Positions 44,804-56,800 of a DNA stretch of 64,000 nt are shown one piece after another. Numbering within the stretch: position 1 is the stretch's first letter; the number at the start of each line of letters is the position of its first letter. The DNA lies in the NCBI GenBank assembly GCA_038143065.1, contig JAYQLI010000035.1, positions 2,208,894-2,272,893 on the forward strand, in the 5' to 3' direction. Below the pieces are notes generated by a model that made no database searches, was not told the origin of the DNA, and saw only the letters and a program-made list of their open reading frames with translations. Made by a program: the position numbers and the translations under genes. This DNA is from Rhodospirillales bacterium. GTDB lineage: Bacteria; Pseudomonadota; Alphaproteobacteria; Bin95.

Positions 44804-44924
44804 GGCAAGAACCTAATCAAATTTTTGGTGTTAAACAAATTGATGAAGTATCATTTGTGGCTGGTGAACACATTTGTGAAGCTGTTAATTGGTAAAAAAT
44901 TGAGATTGTTAATTCTTATACCAA

Positions 44925-47110
44925 TCATCGCGTGACCGCGTCGCGGTTTCCGATCCCTTGAGAGATGCCCAACCCTCCCAGATATTTAAAGTTCACTCTA
45001 ATAAAGACCGAGTCTACTTTTCCACCACCATCAGCGTTACTCGTATAGTCACGGGTAAATCCCAAATCTATTGAGATGCACTCATCTTGGTAGCCTAAAG
45101 CAGCGCTCCACAGCAGAGGCTCATTACCTTGCAGGTCGCGTTGATGACGAGCATTAAAACGCCAATAGTCATCCAGTTGCAGGCCAAATCCTAGCTGAAT
45201 TTGTTCAGCTGCATTGGCGATTTCTGGTCCTTGAATTTCGGTTTCTGTGTCGACGTATGAAATTGACCCTCTAAGCCATTCTGGTCCACCTCCCAGCGTC
45301 AATTCATTCCTTCTGATTCCTAATCCATCTTTTTTCAGTCGCGTCCGCCAGGATAAATCGAGAAAGTCTGAGGGTTGAGCATTGAGTGCTGTTACAATAT
45401 CTGAAGCGCGCTCAGGCATAGCAGCAGCTTCCGCAAAATCCCCAGGCTTGCGTGCCAGAGATTGACCTAAGAAAGAGGAAATCTTTCCACCGTTTGAAAA
45501 TAGCGCTGTAGCTGTCATGCCGTAGTCAACGCGTTGCCCATCGTCTAATCTGTCATAGCCAGGAAAACGGTCTATCTCATAAAAGTTACTCTCGTCGAAT
45601 TCTATCGCCCGAGCATTTTCATTTGGGATGTCGGGGTCTTGGTTTTGATCTAGAGCGATAACTGTTTGAACTCGGGGCTCAAGAATGAACCCGCCCCACT
45701 TGTTCCATTGGATAAGGGGATAGCGCCAGCTGCCTAACAAGCGGGGTGTGCCGCGGAGCGCTGTCGAGTCTCCAGATGCCCCAACTGCCTCTCCATCTTT
45801 CGTATTGTAGGCATCTCCACGAAGACTTGCTTCTATATCAAAGCGATGTCCGCCTGTAGTAGAAATTGGCATCCGCCATCCAGTAATGGCTGAAATGCTC
45901 TGTCCGTCTGCACCTTCCTCTCTACCCAGAATACGCGCTTGCGCTTCTAAAAAGCATTTCCAAATGAGCTTGGCTCTCCCTGCCATGAACCTTGAAACTC
46001 CGGAAGGACAAATGGTGTATCATTTTGAAGAGTGTTTTCTCTTAGGTCTTGAATGCCAAAGGCACCCACTCGTGCGTAACTTTCGCGCCAAAACCCTTCA
46101 AGCGCTACTGTATTTCTGAGGACGCGAGCATCATTGATCTTAAACGTTTCAAGATAGTTGTCGTCAGAAGCAAGCCCTCCCTTAAGTTGTAGGCGCCAAT
46201 TTTCATCAAGCGCAAACTCTCCGTTTAAAAAAGCGTGCCCTCGTAATGTATCATTTTCTTTAATGCCAGTATCTGAAGTTCGGCTGAGTTGTCCAAAACT
46301 TCCATCAATACTGATTTTACCAGTATTAAAAAGTTGACGGTACTCAGCAGCCATAACTGGTGCAGATTTGGACGTGAAAAATGGTTGTAATGTTAAATCC
46401 TTATTAGGACCGAGGTTCCAATAGTAAGGAATTTTTGCAATTGCATTAAATTCACCTCCCAATGACAGGGAGGGAGTCAGCCAGCCGCTTCGGTGGTCAA
46501 CTGTTGGGTCAGGGTGACGAAAGTATGGTAAGTAGGCTACTGGAACACCAAATATGTCCAGTGAGACGTCTTTATATTCGATGTCTTTTGTATTTTCGTC
46601 ATGCTGCACTTCCCGGGCACGAAGACGCCAAGTGGGGGCCCGGTTATTATCTTCCTCACAAGGTTTACATGGACTAAAAGCACCACGGGTCAGAAGTGTT
46701 TTTTCGCCCCGCCAGTAGTTCACTTCCTGGCCGACTAGCCGAGATCCGTCGTTAAGGAGGATGCCAAGATTAGTTGCCTTTGCCTGATTCATGTCGTTAG
46801 CAAGCTCTACGCTGTCTGCTTTAATCAGCTCGCCACTTGGTTCGACTAATAATACGTTGCCAAATGCCTCTATTCGACCTTCCGATTGTATAAACTCTAC
46901 ATGATCGGCGCGCAGTACTCTGGCACCTTTAGTGATGGTAACTCCGCCACTGGCAGACACGGACTCATTCGATTGATTGTACTCAATAGTATCGGCTTCG
47001 ATAATGGCTTGACCGTCTTCAAGTGATTTGGAAGCGGCGCTAGAGAATCAAGAAAGCGCCACTAATGGCGCCATAAATTTTAATAATAGATTCCATCTGA
47101 TTTGCCGCAT
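44925..47110 (-). CDS. lptD: LPS-assembly beta-barrel LptD (TGA in signal peptide, frameshift near 45950)
   Basis: EADTIEY, FSPCKPC, PYFRHPDPTV..RSGWL, IPNE, RFPGYDR, YQDEC. Confidence 0.88.
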
Positions 47111-47137
47111 TACCTTCACTGTATTCAATGCTAAGGC

Positions 47138-48917
47138 CTACCGGCCAACCGCATACCCTTGCATCAGACGGGGGTTTGCAGCAGCTTTGAGGAGTTCACC
47201 GTCTTTTGCACACGCACTTATACGACCTTGTGTCCACGGGCCGGCTGTCTCGGCAAGGTGTCCTCTCCTCTGAAGTTCTTCTAGCGTTCTGGTTGGATAC
47301 CGACCCTCTAAAACAAGCCTTCCTGGCTCTGCTTGCCGAGGGAAGAAGGAGGATGGGAAGTGATGGCTTTGAAATGTTGGTGCATCAATGGCTTCTTGAA
47401 GATTAAAACCATGAAGGATGTGACGTAGAAAAAAGATTAATGTCCATTGATCCTGACCATCGCCGCCTGGAGTACCAAATGGCATGTAAGGCTCGCCGTC
47501 TCGTAGAGCAAAAGAAGGAGAGAGTGTTGTTCTGGGGCGTTTTCCTGGGGCTAGTGAGCCTGGTAATCCTTCCTCCAACCAGAACATTTGAGCCCTTGTT
47601 CCCAGGCAAACGCCAAGCTTTGGTATGGCTGGAGAGGATTGTAGCCATCCGCCTGAGGGGGTGGCGGATACCATATTTCCATCTTTGTCTATAACATCGA
47701 TATGACAGGTGTCTCCGTCCACTGGGCCAGAAGTTTGGCCATCAATTTTATCCATTGTTGGTTCGCCTACACCAGGGCCAAAACTTCGTTCTGAACGACC
47801 TTCACCTATCCTGTTGCCAAATCCCTCGACCATCCCAGGCAGAAGTTGCAGAGAGGCAAGTTCTGGATCAATAAGTTTTCGTCTCTCAGCATTGTACTCC
47901 GATGAGAAGAGTCTTGATAGGCACATCAACAAAATTGGGATCCCCATAGAAGGCCTCCCGGTCGGCGTATGCCAGCTTTGCTGCTTCGGTAACGGTATGA
48001 ATGAAGTCAGCACCTAAGGGATCCATATCTTCAAGGCCCATACCATCCAAAAGAGCCAACTGTTGAAGGAAGACAGGTCCCTGAGACCATGCGCCGGGTT
48101 TTACCACCGTGTAAGGACCAAAATCTAGGCTTAAAGGTTCTTCAAAAGATGCGCTCCATCTGGCCAGATCGTCACCAGTGAGTAGACCTGAATGTCGTTC
48201 TCCAGAAACATCCATTGCTTCAGTTGTTTCGCAAAACCGATCAATTTCTTCAGCTATAAAACCAGTTTTGAGACAAGAGCGGGCCCCGTCAATTCGTGTT
48301 TCGCGATCTCCCTTGTCCCCTGCTGCAATCAAGCTTTGATAAAAATTAGCTTGAGCTAAATTTCGCCAGCGACGTCCTGGTCGTGGAGCGGCTCCATGAT
48401 CTAGCCAAATTGCAGCCGAGGTTATCCACTCATCTCTAAATAAGGCTACAACTGAATCAATCGTGCGCGTCATATGATCAACTACAGGATACCCTCCTCC
48501 AGCAAACTCAATTGCTGGTTGAAGTGCTTCCTCGAGACTAATTGTGCCATAGTCTCGAAGCATCAAAAGCCAAGCGTCTGTCGCGCCTGGCACACAGGGG
48601 GCTAAAAGACCAGAGCCAGGAATGACATCAAGCCCAAAGCTTTTCATTTTGGCTATCGTCGCTTTTGCTGGAGCAGGGCCCTGACCACAGACTATCCGGG
48701 CACGCCTTTCTTTTGCAGGATATATGATCGCTGGCATATCCCCCAAAGGACCATTTAGATGAGGCTCAACTACCTGTAATACAAAGCCGCCAACCACGGC
48801 GGCATCAAAAGCATTTCCACCTTTCTCAAGAACGGCCATTGCGTGTTGGCTGGCGAGCCAGTGAGTAGAGGCTACGACACCAAAAACCCCGTGTAGTTCA
48901 GGACGTGTTGTGAACAT
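47138..48917 (-). CDS. Gamma-glutamyltransferase family protein (frameshift near 47905)
   Basis: MFTTRPEL, GGNAFDAA, DTCH nucleophile Thr, KRPRTTLSP, GTPGGD. Confidence 0.9.
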
Positions 48918-49006
48918 CAGCTTATCTCGTTCCCAAGGCTTCAGCCTCTATCCTAGGTTGAAATTCTTAAGAGATGTCGTCTACTTATTATGTGGACCTT
49001 AGAGCT

Positions 49007-50202
49007 TCAGACTGCTTTTACAGCAAGTACAGCGTTCAAACCGCCGAATGCAAAGCTATTCGAGATAGCTGCAGAGATTGGACGTTCCCGGGCTGTATTC
49101 GGTACATAGTCTAAATCGCACTCAGGGTCGGCCTCGGTGAAATTGATGGTGGGTGGTACGATTCCAGAGCATATGGCCCCAATGGTAGCTATCAGTTCTA
49201 GCGATCCTGCAGCTCCCAACCCGTGGCCGTGCATGGCCTTAGTTGAAGATACTAGAACACTGTCTGCAGCTGGACCAAGTGCTGCTCGTATAGCTTTGCT
49301 TTCGGTTGGATCGTTTGCAGGAGTGCCCGTTCCATGCGCATTCACGTAATCAATATCAGAGGGGCTAGTTCGGCAACGTTAAGTGCTTGGCGTATCGCAC
49401 GCGCCGCGCCATCAATAGATGGCTGCACCATATCTAAAGCATCGGACGTCATACCAAAGCCTGCAAGCTCTGCATAAATCTTCGCCCCTCTTGCTTTGGC
49501 TCGGTCCATATCCTCTAGGAGCAAAATGCCCGCTCCCTCTCCTAGGATCATGCCTCGTCGATCTTTTGAAAAGGGACGGCATACATCTGGCGAAATCACT
49601 CGCAGCGCTTCCCAACCTTTTAAGCCCATAAAGGATATTGAAGCTTCAGCTCCTCCAGCTATTGCGACGTCGATTTCGCCGCGACGTATCATCCCAAAGG
49701 CTGTGCCAATTGAATGATTGGAAGATGAGCAGGCACTAGAGACAGCAAAGGCTGGGCCTGTGATACCATACTTTAGCCCGATAAGGCTTGGAGGGCCATT
49801 TGACATTAATTTTGGAATTGAGAAAGGGTTAACTTTTGCCTGACCTTTCCTCCAAACCCGGTCATAGCCTTCTTCGATGGTGAAGGCGCCACCAACACCC
49901 GTTCCAACTATAACAGCGGTGCGTTCACCTGAAACATCACCAGCATCAACCAATGCTTGACCGGCGGCAGCAAGAGCAAATTGGCTAAAGCGATCTGAGA
50001 TATTTAAGGTTTTTTTATCGATGTATTCTGCAGGATCCCAATCTTTAACTTCAGCAACGTTCTGGGCTGTCAACAATTCCCCGTCAGGAAGTGTTGTCTT
50101 AGCGACGCCAGATAAACCTTCACGAGTTCCCGAAAGAAATTTTTCAACGTCATGACCGAGCGACGATACGCAGCCCAGGCCCGTGATGGCTACACGGCGC
50201 AT
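49007..50202 (-). CDS. Beta-ketoacyl-ACP synthase, NodE-like FabF paralogue (frameshift near 49362)
   Basis: SACSSSNH, WEALRV..PD.CRPFS, GEGAG, NAHGTGT, SSTKAMHGH, NSFAFGG. Confidence 0.88.
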
Positions 50203-50216
50203 TGAGGCATTCCAGT

Positions 50217-50462
50217 TCAGGCCTGGTCAGCGACTAAGCGCTGGATGGCGGAGGTTACTTCCCCCACGGTTTCTATATCTAAGCTCATATCTTCTTGTTC
50301 TATGGAAATACCAAATGCTTCTTCGATAGCAAACATGACTTGCACCATGTCGACCGAAGAAATGCCTACATCTTCCAACTTAGCATCATCAAGCAATGCT
50401 GACCGGTCTACAGCACATTCTTCAGCTAAGATATCTTTTACCCGGTTAACGACGTCGGTCAT
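50217..50462 (-). CDS. Acyl carrier protein (NodF-like)
   Basis: About 81 aa, acidic; GISSVDMVQVMFAIEEAFGI; immediately upstream of the ketosynthase. Confidence 0.85.
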   Translation of the reverse strand: MTDVVNRVKDILAEECAVDRSALLDDAKLEDVGISSVDMVQVMFAIEEAFGISIEQEDMSLDIETVGEVTSAIQRLVADQA

Positions 50463-50830
50463 CGGCGTCAGACCCTTGCGGGCCACCCCAATTGATTAGG
50501 AACAGTTTCTCTCTTTTACGCGGGGTTGTATGCGCCCGTCCAGAGGTTTCATAATTGTTTAATTTAATGTTCTCTCTTGTTGTTCATTTTTTGTTAGAAA
50601 ATGCACCGCGAGATTGTGCCGGATTGGTTCAGAAAATTTAACTCGTTGGTCTTGATATATCAAAGGATCCCATAGCTTTCCCGGAGTACCTCAGGTTCTT
50701 ACAGGTTAAGAGGAAGCAATTCACTTGTGCATTCTGCCAAAAATCTATGTAAGACAAGATTTCTCCAGATTTATTGGAAAATTTCAAAAAATCTGAGAGA
50801 AGTATGCAGTCAAATTCGTTAGGATTTTGA

Positions 50831-51532
50831 ATGCCCCTCGCAACTTTGAACCTCAATGGCGAAATTCTGCAGTTAACCACCGAGGGTGCAGCATTTCGGC
50901 CTGCGTGTCGGACTTTGATAGTATCCGATCTACATTTTGAGAAGGGCTCAGCTATAGCTGCACACTCTCGGCGTTTAACCCCGCCATATGATACGATGGC
51001 TACGCTTGAAAGATTAAGAAGCGTTATGCGTCGCTTGCATCCCAAACGAGTGATTGCCCTTGGCGATAGTTTTCACGACACTAACGGCCCAAAACGCCTC
51101 TCTACTTCTGCCACGAATGCCATCCAGAGGCTTACACAGGCCGTTGATTGGATTTGGATAGAAGGTAATCATGACCCCGAGCCACCTCAGTCACTTGGTG
51201 GGCAAGGTGCTAGTGAATTAAAAATCGGAGCGCTTGTGCTCAGACATTTGCCCGCTTCTGGGCCATCGCCTGGCGAAATTGCTGGCCATTTGCACCCAAA
51301 AGCATCCATTTCAACAATTGCTAGGACTATTTCTGGCTTTTGTTTTGTGACTGATGGGAAACGCCTCCTGCTACCAGCCTTTGGAGCGTACACCGGAGGG
51401 CTCGATGTTCACGATCCTGAAATTGCCTCTCGCTTTCGAAGGGGAAGCAGAGTTTTTTTGGTAGGGCGAGAACGTCTTTATACTTTTCCTATGAGCGCAT
51501 TATCTTCTGGGCTAAGAAGATCCAAAGTCTAA
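50831..51532 (+). CDS. pdeM: Ligase-associated DNA damage response metallophosphoesterase
   Basis: SDLHFEKG, PPYDT, LGDSFHD, GNHD, GHLHPK, LPAFGAYTGGL. Confidence 0.88.
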   Translation: MPLATLNLNGEILQLTTEGAAFRPACRTLIVSDLHFEKGSAIAAHSRRLTPPYDTMATLERLRSVMRRLHPKRVIALGDSFHDTNGPKRLSTSATNAIQRLTQAVDWIWIEGNHDPEPPQSLGGQGASELKIGALVLRHLPASGPSPGEIAGHLHPKASISTIARTISGFCFVTDGKRLLLPAFGAYTGGLDVHDPEIASRFRRGSRVFLVGRERLYTFPMSALSSGLRRSKV

Positions 51533-51614
51533 TTATGTTTGGTCTGTTTGCGGGGGCGTGCATGATCCGCTATGACCGCAGGGCGACAACGTTCATTTAT
51601 ATGGAGATCGATGC

Positions 51615-52052
51615 ATGGGCAGTTTCAAGATTGATGCAGATGCAGTGCGGCTTCTGGCAAACCTTATCAATGAGACTGGCCTCGGCGAGATCGAGTATGA
51701 AGAGGGAGACCGGCGTATCAGGGTAGCAATGCCGCAGTCTTCAGCCGCGCCAATAGTAGCAGCTCCGATTGCTTCTGCTGCTACCCCTGCGCAAATGCCT
51801 GATCGTGAAGAAAAACCGTCTGGTGCTGTAACTTCGCCAATGGTGGGAACGGTATACCTTCAGTCTGGTCCAGGTGAGCCTCCATTTATCAAGGTAGGGG
51901 ATAGAGTAAACGCCGGGGATGTTGTCATCATCATTGAGGCGATGAAAGTCATGAACCAGATTCCTGCTCCTCATGGCGGGATTGTTCGGTCTGTAGATGT
52001 TGCAGATGCGCAGGCCGTCGAGTTTGGCGAAGTTTTAATGGTGATAGAGTAG
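51615..52052 (+). CDS. accB: Biotin carboxyl carrier protein
   Basis: SPMVGT, IEAMKVMN. Confidence 0.96.
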   Translation: MGSFKIDADAVRLLANLINETGLGEIEYEEGDRRIRVAMPQSSAAPIVAAPIASAATPAQMPDREEKPSGAVTSPMVGTVYLQSGPGEPPFIKVGDRVNAGDVVIIIEAMKVMNQIPAPHGGIVRSVDVADAQAVEFGEVLMVIE

Positions 52053-52063
52053 GCAGCAACTCC

Positions 52064-53404
52064 ATGATTAATAAAGTACTGATTGCCAACCGCGGGGATG
52101 TTGCTCTTCGCGTCATACGCGCCTGTCGAGAACTAGGCATCAGCACAGTTGCTATTCACTCAACAGCCGACACTGAAGCGATGCACGTCAGGCTTGCTGA
52201 CGAAAGTGTTTGTGTTGGACCGCCAGCGGCAAAGGATAGCTACCTGAACATTCCTGCAATTATTACGGCTGCGGATGTAACACAGGCTGATGCAATCCAC
52301 CCAGGCCTCGGGTTTCTTGCAGAAAATGCTCGTTTCGCACAAATAGTCGAAGCTCATGGTCGGATATTTATTGGTCCAACACCCCGTCAAATAGCTATGC
52401 TGGGCGACAAAATTGAAGCTAAAAAGGCTGCTTTAGAGGCAAATTTACCCATTGTTCCAGGTGGCATTGAACCAGTTTCTGGGCCTGACGCAGCTCTTGC
52501 TGCAGCAAATGAGGCGGGTTATCCAGTTTTGCTTAAAGCAGCCGCAGGCGGCGGAGGCCGTGGAATGCAACGTGTCGAGAGCCCTGATACTCTTCGGCGT
52601 GCCTTTGAGATCGCAACTTCCGAAGCCGAGGCTGCTTTTGGTGATGGGTCTGTTTATGTTGAGAAAGCTATTGAACAGCCTCGCCATATTGAAGTTCAAG
52701 TTTTAGGTGATGGAAAAGGCGCTGCAGTACATCTTGGCGAACGCGATTGCACCGTTCAAAGACGCTTTCAAAAGCTCATTGAGGAGGCTCCTTCTCCAGT
52801 ATTAACACCTGAACAGCGAGCTTACGTTGGTAAGCTTGGCGCTGATCTTGCAGCCTCAATTGACTATCGAGGTGCTGGGACAGTTGAATTTCTGTATGCT
52901 GACGGAAATTTCTATTTTATTGAAATGAACGCAAGGTTGCAGGTTGAGCACCCTGTTACAGAGTTAGTTAGCGGAGTAGATATCGTAGAGGCGCAACTCC
53001 GTATTGCCTCTGGCGGCGGCATTGGTTTCAAACAAGATGATATTTGCTTTAATGGCCATGCTATCGAGGCTCGCATAAATGCGGAGGATCCAGATACTTT
53101 TACTCCATCACCCGGTCGTATCACGCTATATCACCCGCCAGGTGGCCCTGGAGTTCGGGTAGATAGCCATATGTTTCAGGGCGCCACCGTTCCGCCATTC
53201 TACGACAGTTTAATCGCAAAATTAATAGTTCATGCTGATGATCGAGCTGGGGCAATAGCTCGCCTTGATAGAGCGCTGGGTGAGTATGCAATTGATGGGG
53301 TGAGCACAAACTTGCCGCTACAGCGCCGCATTTTGGCGTCTGAGGATTTTATTCAGAGTGAAATAGATGTGGTTTGGTTAGAGCGCTGGTTAAAAACTCA
53401 GTAG
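52064..53404 (+). CDS. accC: Biotin carboxylase
   Basis: IANRG, GGGGRGM, EMNARLQVEHPVTE, RINAED, YDSLIAK. Confidence 0.96.
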   Translation: MINKVLIANRGDVALRVIRACRELGISTVAIHSTADTEAMHVRLADESVCVGPPAAKDSYLNIPAIITAADVTQADAIHPGLGFLAENARFAQIVEAHGRIFIGPTPRQIAMLGDKIEAKKAALEANLPIVPGGIEPVSGPDAALAAANEAGYPVLLKAAAGGGGRGMQRVESPDTLRRAFEIATSEAEAAFGDGSVYVEKAIEQPRHIEVQVLGDGKGAAVHLGERDCTVQRRFQKLIEEAPSPVLTPEQRAYVGKLGADLAASIDYRGAGTVEFLYADGNFYFIEMNARLQVEHPVTELVSGVDIVEAQLRIASGGGIGFKQDDICFNGHAIEARINAEDPDTFTPSPGRITLYHPPGGPGVRVDSHMFQGATVPPFYDSLIAKLIVHADDRAGAIARLDRALGEYAIDGVSTNLPLQRRILASEDFIQSEIDVVWLERWLKTQ

Positions 53405-53426
53405 CCAGCGCTCTACTTTTTATTTT
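53379..53426 (+). terminator. Probable terminator after accC
   Basis: TAGAGCGCTGG...CCAGCGCTCTA inverted repeat followed by CTTTTTATTTT. Confidence 0.55.
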
Positions 53427-53493
53427 CATCTCATTGAACGAGCTAATTTTATTTTTGGCTCGAAGGCTTTTCTATTAAAGAGTTTGACCAAGG

Positions 53494-53814
53494 TTACAGA
53501 TTTTCTTCTATCCAAGCCTTCAGTGCAGGCTTTGGTGCAGCACCAACTTTAGTTGCAGCGAGTTGACCACCCTTAAAAATCATTAATGTGGGGATGCCGC
53601 GAATTCCATGAGAGCTTGGGGTGGAAGGGTTTTCATCAATATTTAACTTTACCACATCTACTTGACCGGTAAGCTCTTCAGAAATTTCTTCCAATGCGGG
53701 CCCAATTGCTTTGCAAGGACCACACCACTCAGCCCAAAAGTCTACTACAACGGGTTTTTCAGCCTTTATTACATCAGCTTCAAAAGCTGCGTCGGTTGTG
53801 GCGCGGGTAGCCAT
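53494..53814 (-). CDS. trxA: Thioredoxin
   Basis: WAEWCGPCK, GIPTL; downstream of addA. Confidence 0.97.
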   Translation of the reverse strand: MATRATTDAAFEADVIKAEKPVVVDFWAEWCGPCKAIGPALEEISEELTGQVDVVKLNIDENPSTPSSHGIRGIPTLMIFKGGQLAATKVGAAPKPALKAWIEENL

Positions 53815-53876
53815 GACGAATCTCCAATCTAAATCTCAATAACAAGTCTTTTAGCTATGCTTATGGGCTGTATCCG

Positions 53877-56800
53877 TCAATCCACAGCAGTATTTTGAGG
53901 TGTAAAAGCGTCAAGCTGATTGTCTTTTAGAACATCAAGCCTTGGAGCCTCGGTCCAAAGAATTCCAGTAAGAATTTCTTTCCCTGAGAAAGCTTGCTTT
54001 GCAAGCTCTCGGTAAATTGCCATTTGCTTTAAATATTCTTTGGGGGTTGTTTCAGGATCAAGGGGAGGCGGGCGATTGGTTTTGAAGTCGACGATTTGTA
54101 CTAATTCTTCTGTTACAATCAGGCGATCTATCACGCCTGCAAAGCGCTTACCATTAATAAATCCTGCGATGGGAGTTTCTGCCAGAGCATCCGCATGGAA
54201 AACAGCTCCAAAAGTTGGATCCTCGATAATCGATAGAACACGACTCAGTATAGTATTCGCTTCGTCATCGTTAAAACGGCCAGAGCGTTGTAGGAATAAT
54301 TTTCCTGCAGGTTCGCGCTGTGAGAGTGTCAAATTAGGTAGTCGCTCGAGTAGCTTATGTATCAATAGGCCGCGGCCAAATCGAGAATTCTGGCTGGAGC
54401 TTCTATCTTGGGTTGCTAGAGGTGAAATACCTGCCCTCGTTTCCTCTTGCTCGTCGACAATGTGGCCTGAAGGTGCGTAAATTATATCTGGATTTATTGC
54501 TGTAATTGGCGTTACGGCCCAGTTTGGTAGAGGCAATTGAGTTATTGCTTCTGTCTTTTTTTCAGGTGCATCGATCTCTAATTTTTCTTCTTCACCCTCT
54601 CGATAAATAAGAATTGGTTCATCACTATAGTCCACCCTCCGTTTTTCGAGCTCGTTGAAGTTAGTGGTCATCCCAGTCTTCACAAGCTCATGCCAAGTTT
54701 CTGTTGGTGCTGATCTTCTGTTATTCCACCCCATGACGTACAGACGATCTTCAGCACGTGTCATCGCAACATATAAAAGCCGGCGACGTTCCTCCGCTTG
54801 AAGATTAGCTTCTTCGTCTACTAAGGCTTGGATGATAGATGGATTTTTCTTGGCAGACGTTGCACCAAGAATAGGAACGGCTAGTCCCTGGTTTCTCGTC
54901 CAATAAAGACGAACTCTGTCCTGAGCAGGTGCCCTAATAGCGTCTGGTAAAAAAACTATTGGTGCCTGCAAGCCTTTCGCTGCGTGTGCTGTCATGATGC
55001 GGACGCTATTACCTATTCCTTCCAACTCACGCTTGATCTCTGTTGCGTCTCTCTCGATCCAAGCAATGAAGCCTGTCAGGTCTGGTCCAATTTCCTCACC
55101 ATATTGGATGGCCAAACTAAGAAATTCTTGAATTGGGTCGATGACACCATCGCCCATCGCTGCAATGAGGCGAGCGCGGCCATTCATTGGTCCAAGCACC
55201 CAGGGAAAGAAATCAAACGGAGAGTTGGTATCTGCGCGGGCGAGGGCATTCGCAACAAAAGACCAAGCCTTTGAAGCCAGGGTTTCCCCTTTAGAAGCTT
55301 CTCGCTTTAATTGTTGCCATAGCGATAGGTGCCCTCGGTTATGCGCTAGCCGAAAGAGGTCCTCCTCAGTAAATCCAACCAATGGCGATTTAAGAATGCA
55401 GGCGAGGGCTAGGTCATCTTCAGGAAGCAAAGCGACACGAGCTACGTTTAGAATGTCTTGAACGACTAGCTGATCCGCTAGTCGCATTCTGTCTAGGCCT
55501 GATGTAGCTACGCCGAGCTCTTTTAATGCCTTAGTAATAGCATCGCCAAATGGCCGCCGCTGCTGCAAAACGATCATTATATCACTAGCTTTTATCCTTG
55601 TTTTCTGACCCCTTTGCTCCTGTCCAGGACGTTCCGGGAGATGTGTGTTTGGATCGTCAATCAGGCGTTTGATTTCACCCGCAACAACGGCAGCTAATTG
55701 CGTTACAGGGGAAGAAACCACCTCGGGGTAGGATTTGAGAGGTATCCAGGGATCCGTTGTTTCGACTTCTAAGCTCGGAATTGGAGGCCACAATTCCACC
55801 TGGCCAGGCAGCGCACCTCGTGCAGCGAAATGTTGGATAGATGAATTGTCGAGGGTGATAAGAGATGATGTATGTCCTGAAAAAGCAGCATCAACCACCC
55901 GGAGCACGGCAGGTACAGAGCGGAAAGACACTGGCATTGGTTTGGATTCGAAGTTTCGACCTGATTCTTTTGCCATAGCTTCATAGTGTTCGCGGACTTC
56001 ACCAAAAGCTCTTGGATCGGCCCGCTGGAAGCTAAAAATAGACTGCTTGGGGTCGCCCACAGCAAAAAACGTTCTTTCGGGGTTTGTGTCGGCCTGAAAA
56101 AATTCATCAGCAAGTGCACGGACTACTTGCCACTGCTCTGGATTGGTGTCCTGGGCTTCGTCGACGAGAATGTGATCAATGCCTTGATCTAGCTTCAATG
56201 CTGCCCACTGGGCTCCACCATTTTTTTGCAATAAATCACGGGTGGACAGTATTAAGTCGTCAAAATCCAAAGCAGACCTAGCTAGTTTCATCAAATCGTA
56301 GCGATCTGCGACTGCGCCTGAGACACGAAGTGCTGCAACAGTTTCTAGTGCGCGCTCGGCTAACCTCATACGCTCACGAGCATTGAAAAAAAATTCGGAA
56401 GCTTCGCTATAAACATCTGCAAACCAAGGGTGCGCTGAGATAACATTTTTGGAGGCAGGTTTTGATCTTGGAGATTCTTCCCCAGCACCCGTAAAGAAAG
56501 CAGAGAAAATCAATTTTGTTGCTTCGCTGCGCTCTTCTATTGGCAGCGTTAACCATTCATTTATCTCTGAACCTCTTGCTTCATCCGTTTTTCCTCCGCC
56601 GGCCAAGGCGCTACCTATTCGATGAAGGTTTCTCTCTAATTGAGGCGGTATCGAACCGAGCGAAGCAGAGGCCACTGCTTCGGCTTCTTCTGCAAAACCA
56701 AAGAAGGATAGGCTGGCCTTAGAAGCGTTGTCCCAACCTCCTAGTTCTTCAATTCGTGCCCTCTCTGATAGGAAGGCTTGCAACAGATTATCTAGGGTCT

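Noticed and set aside
47048-47050. Selenocysteine read-through of the lptD TGA
   Set aside because: It lies in a signal peptide, not at a catalytic Cys position, and no SECIS-like hairpin was recognised.
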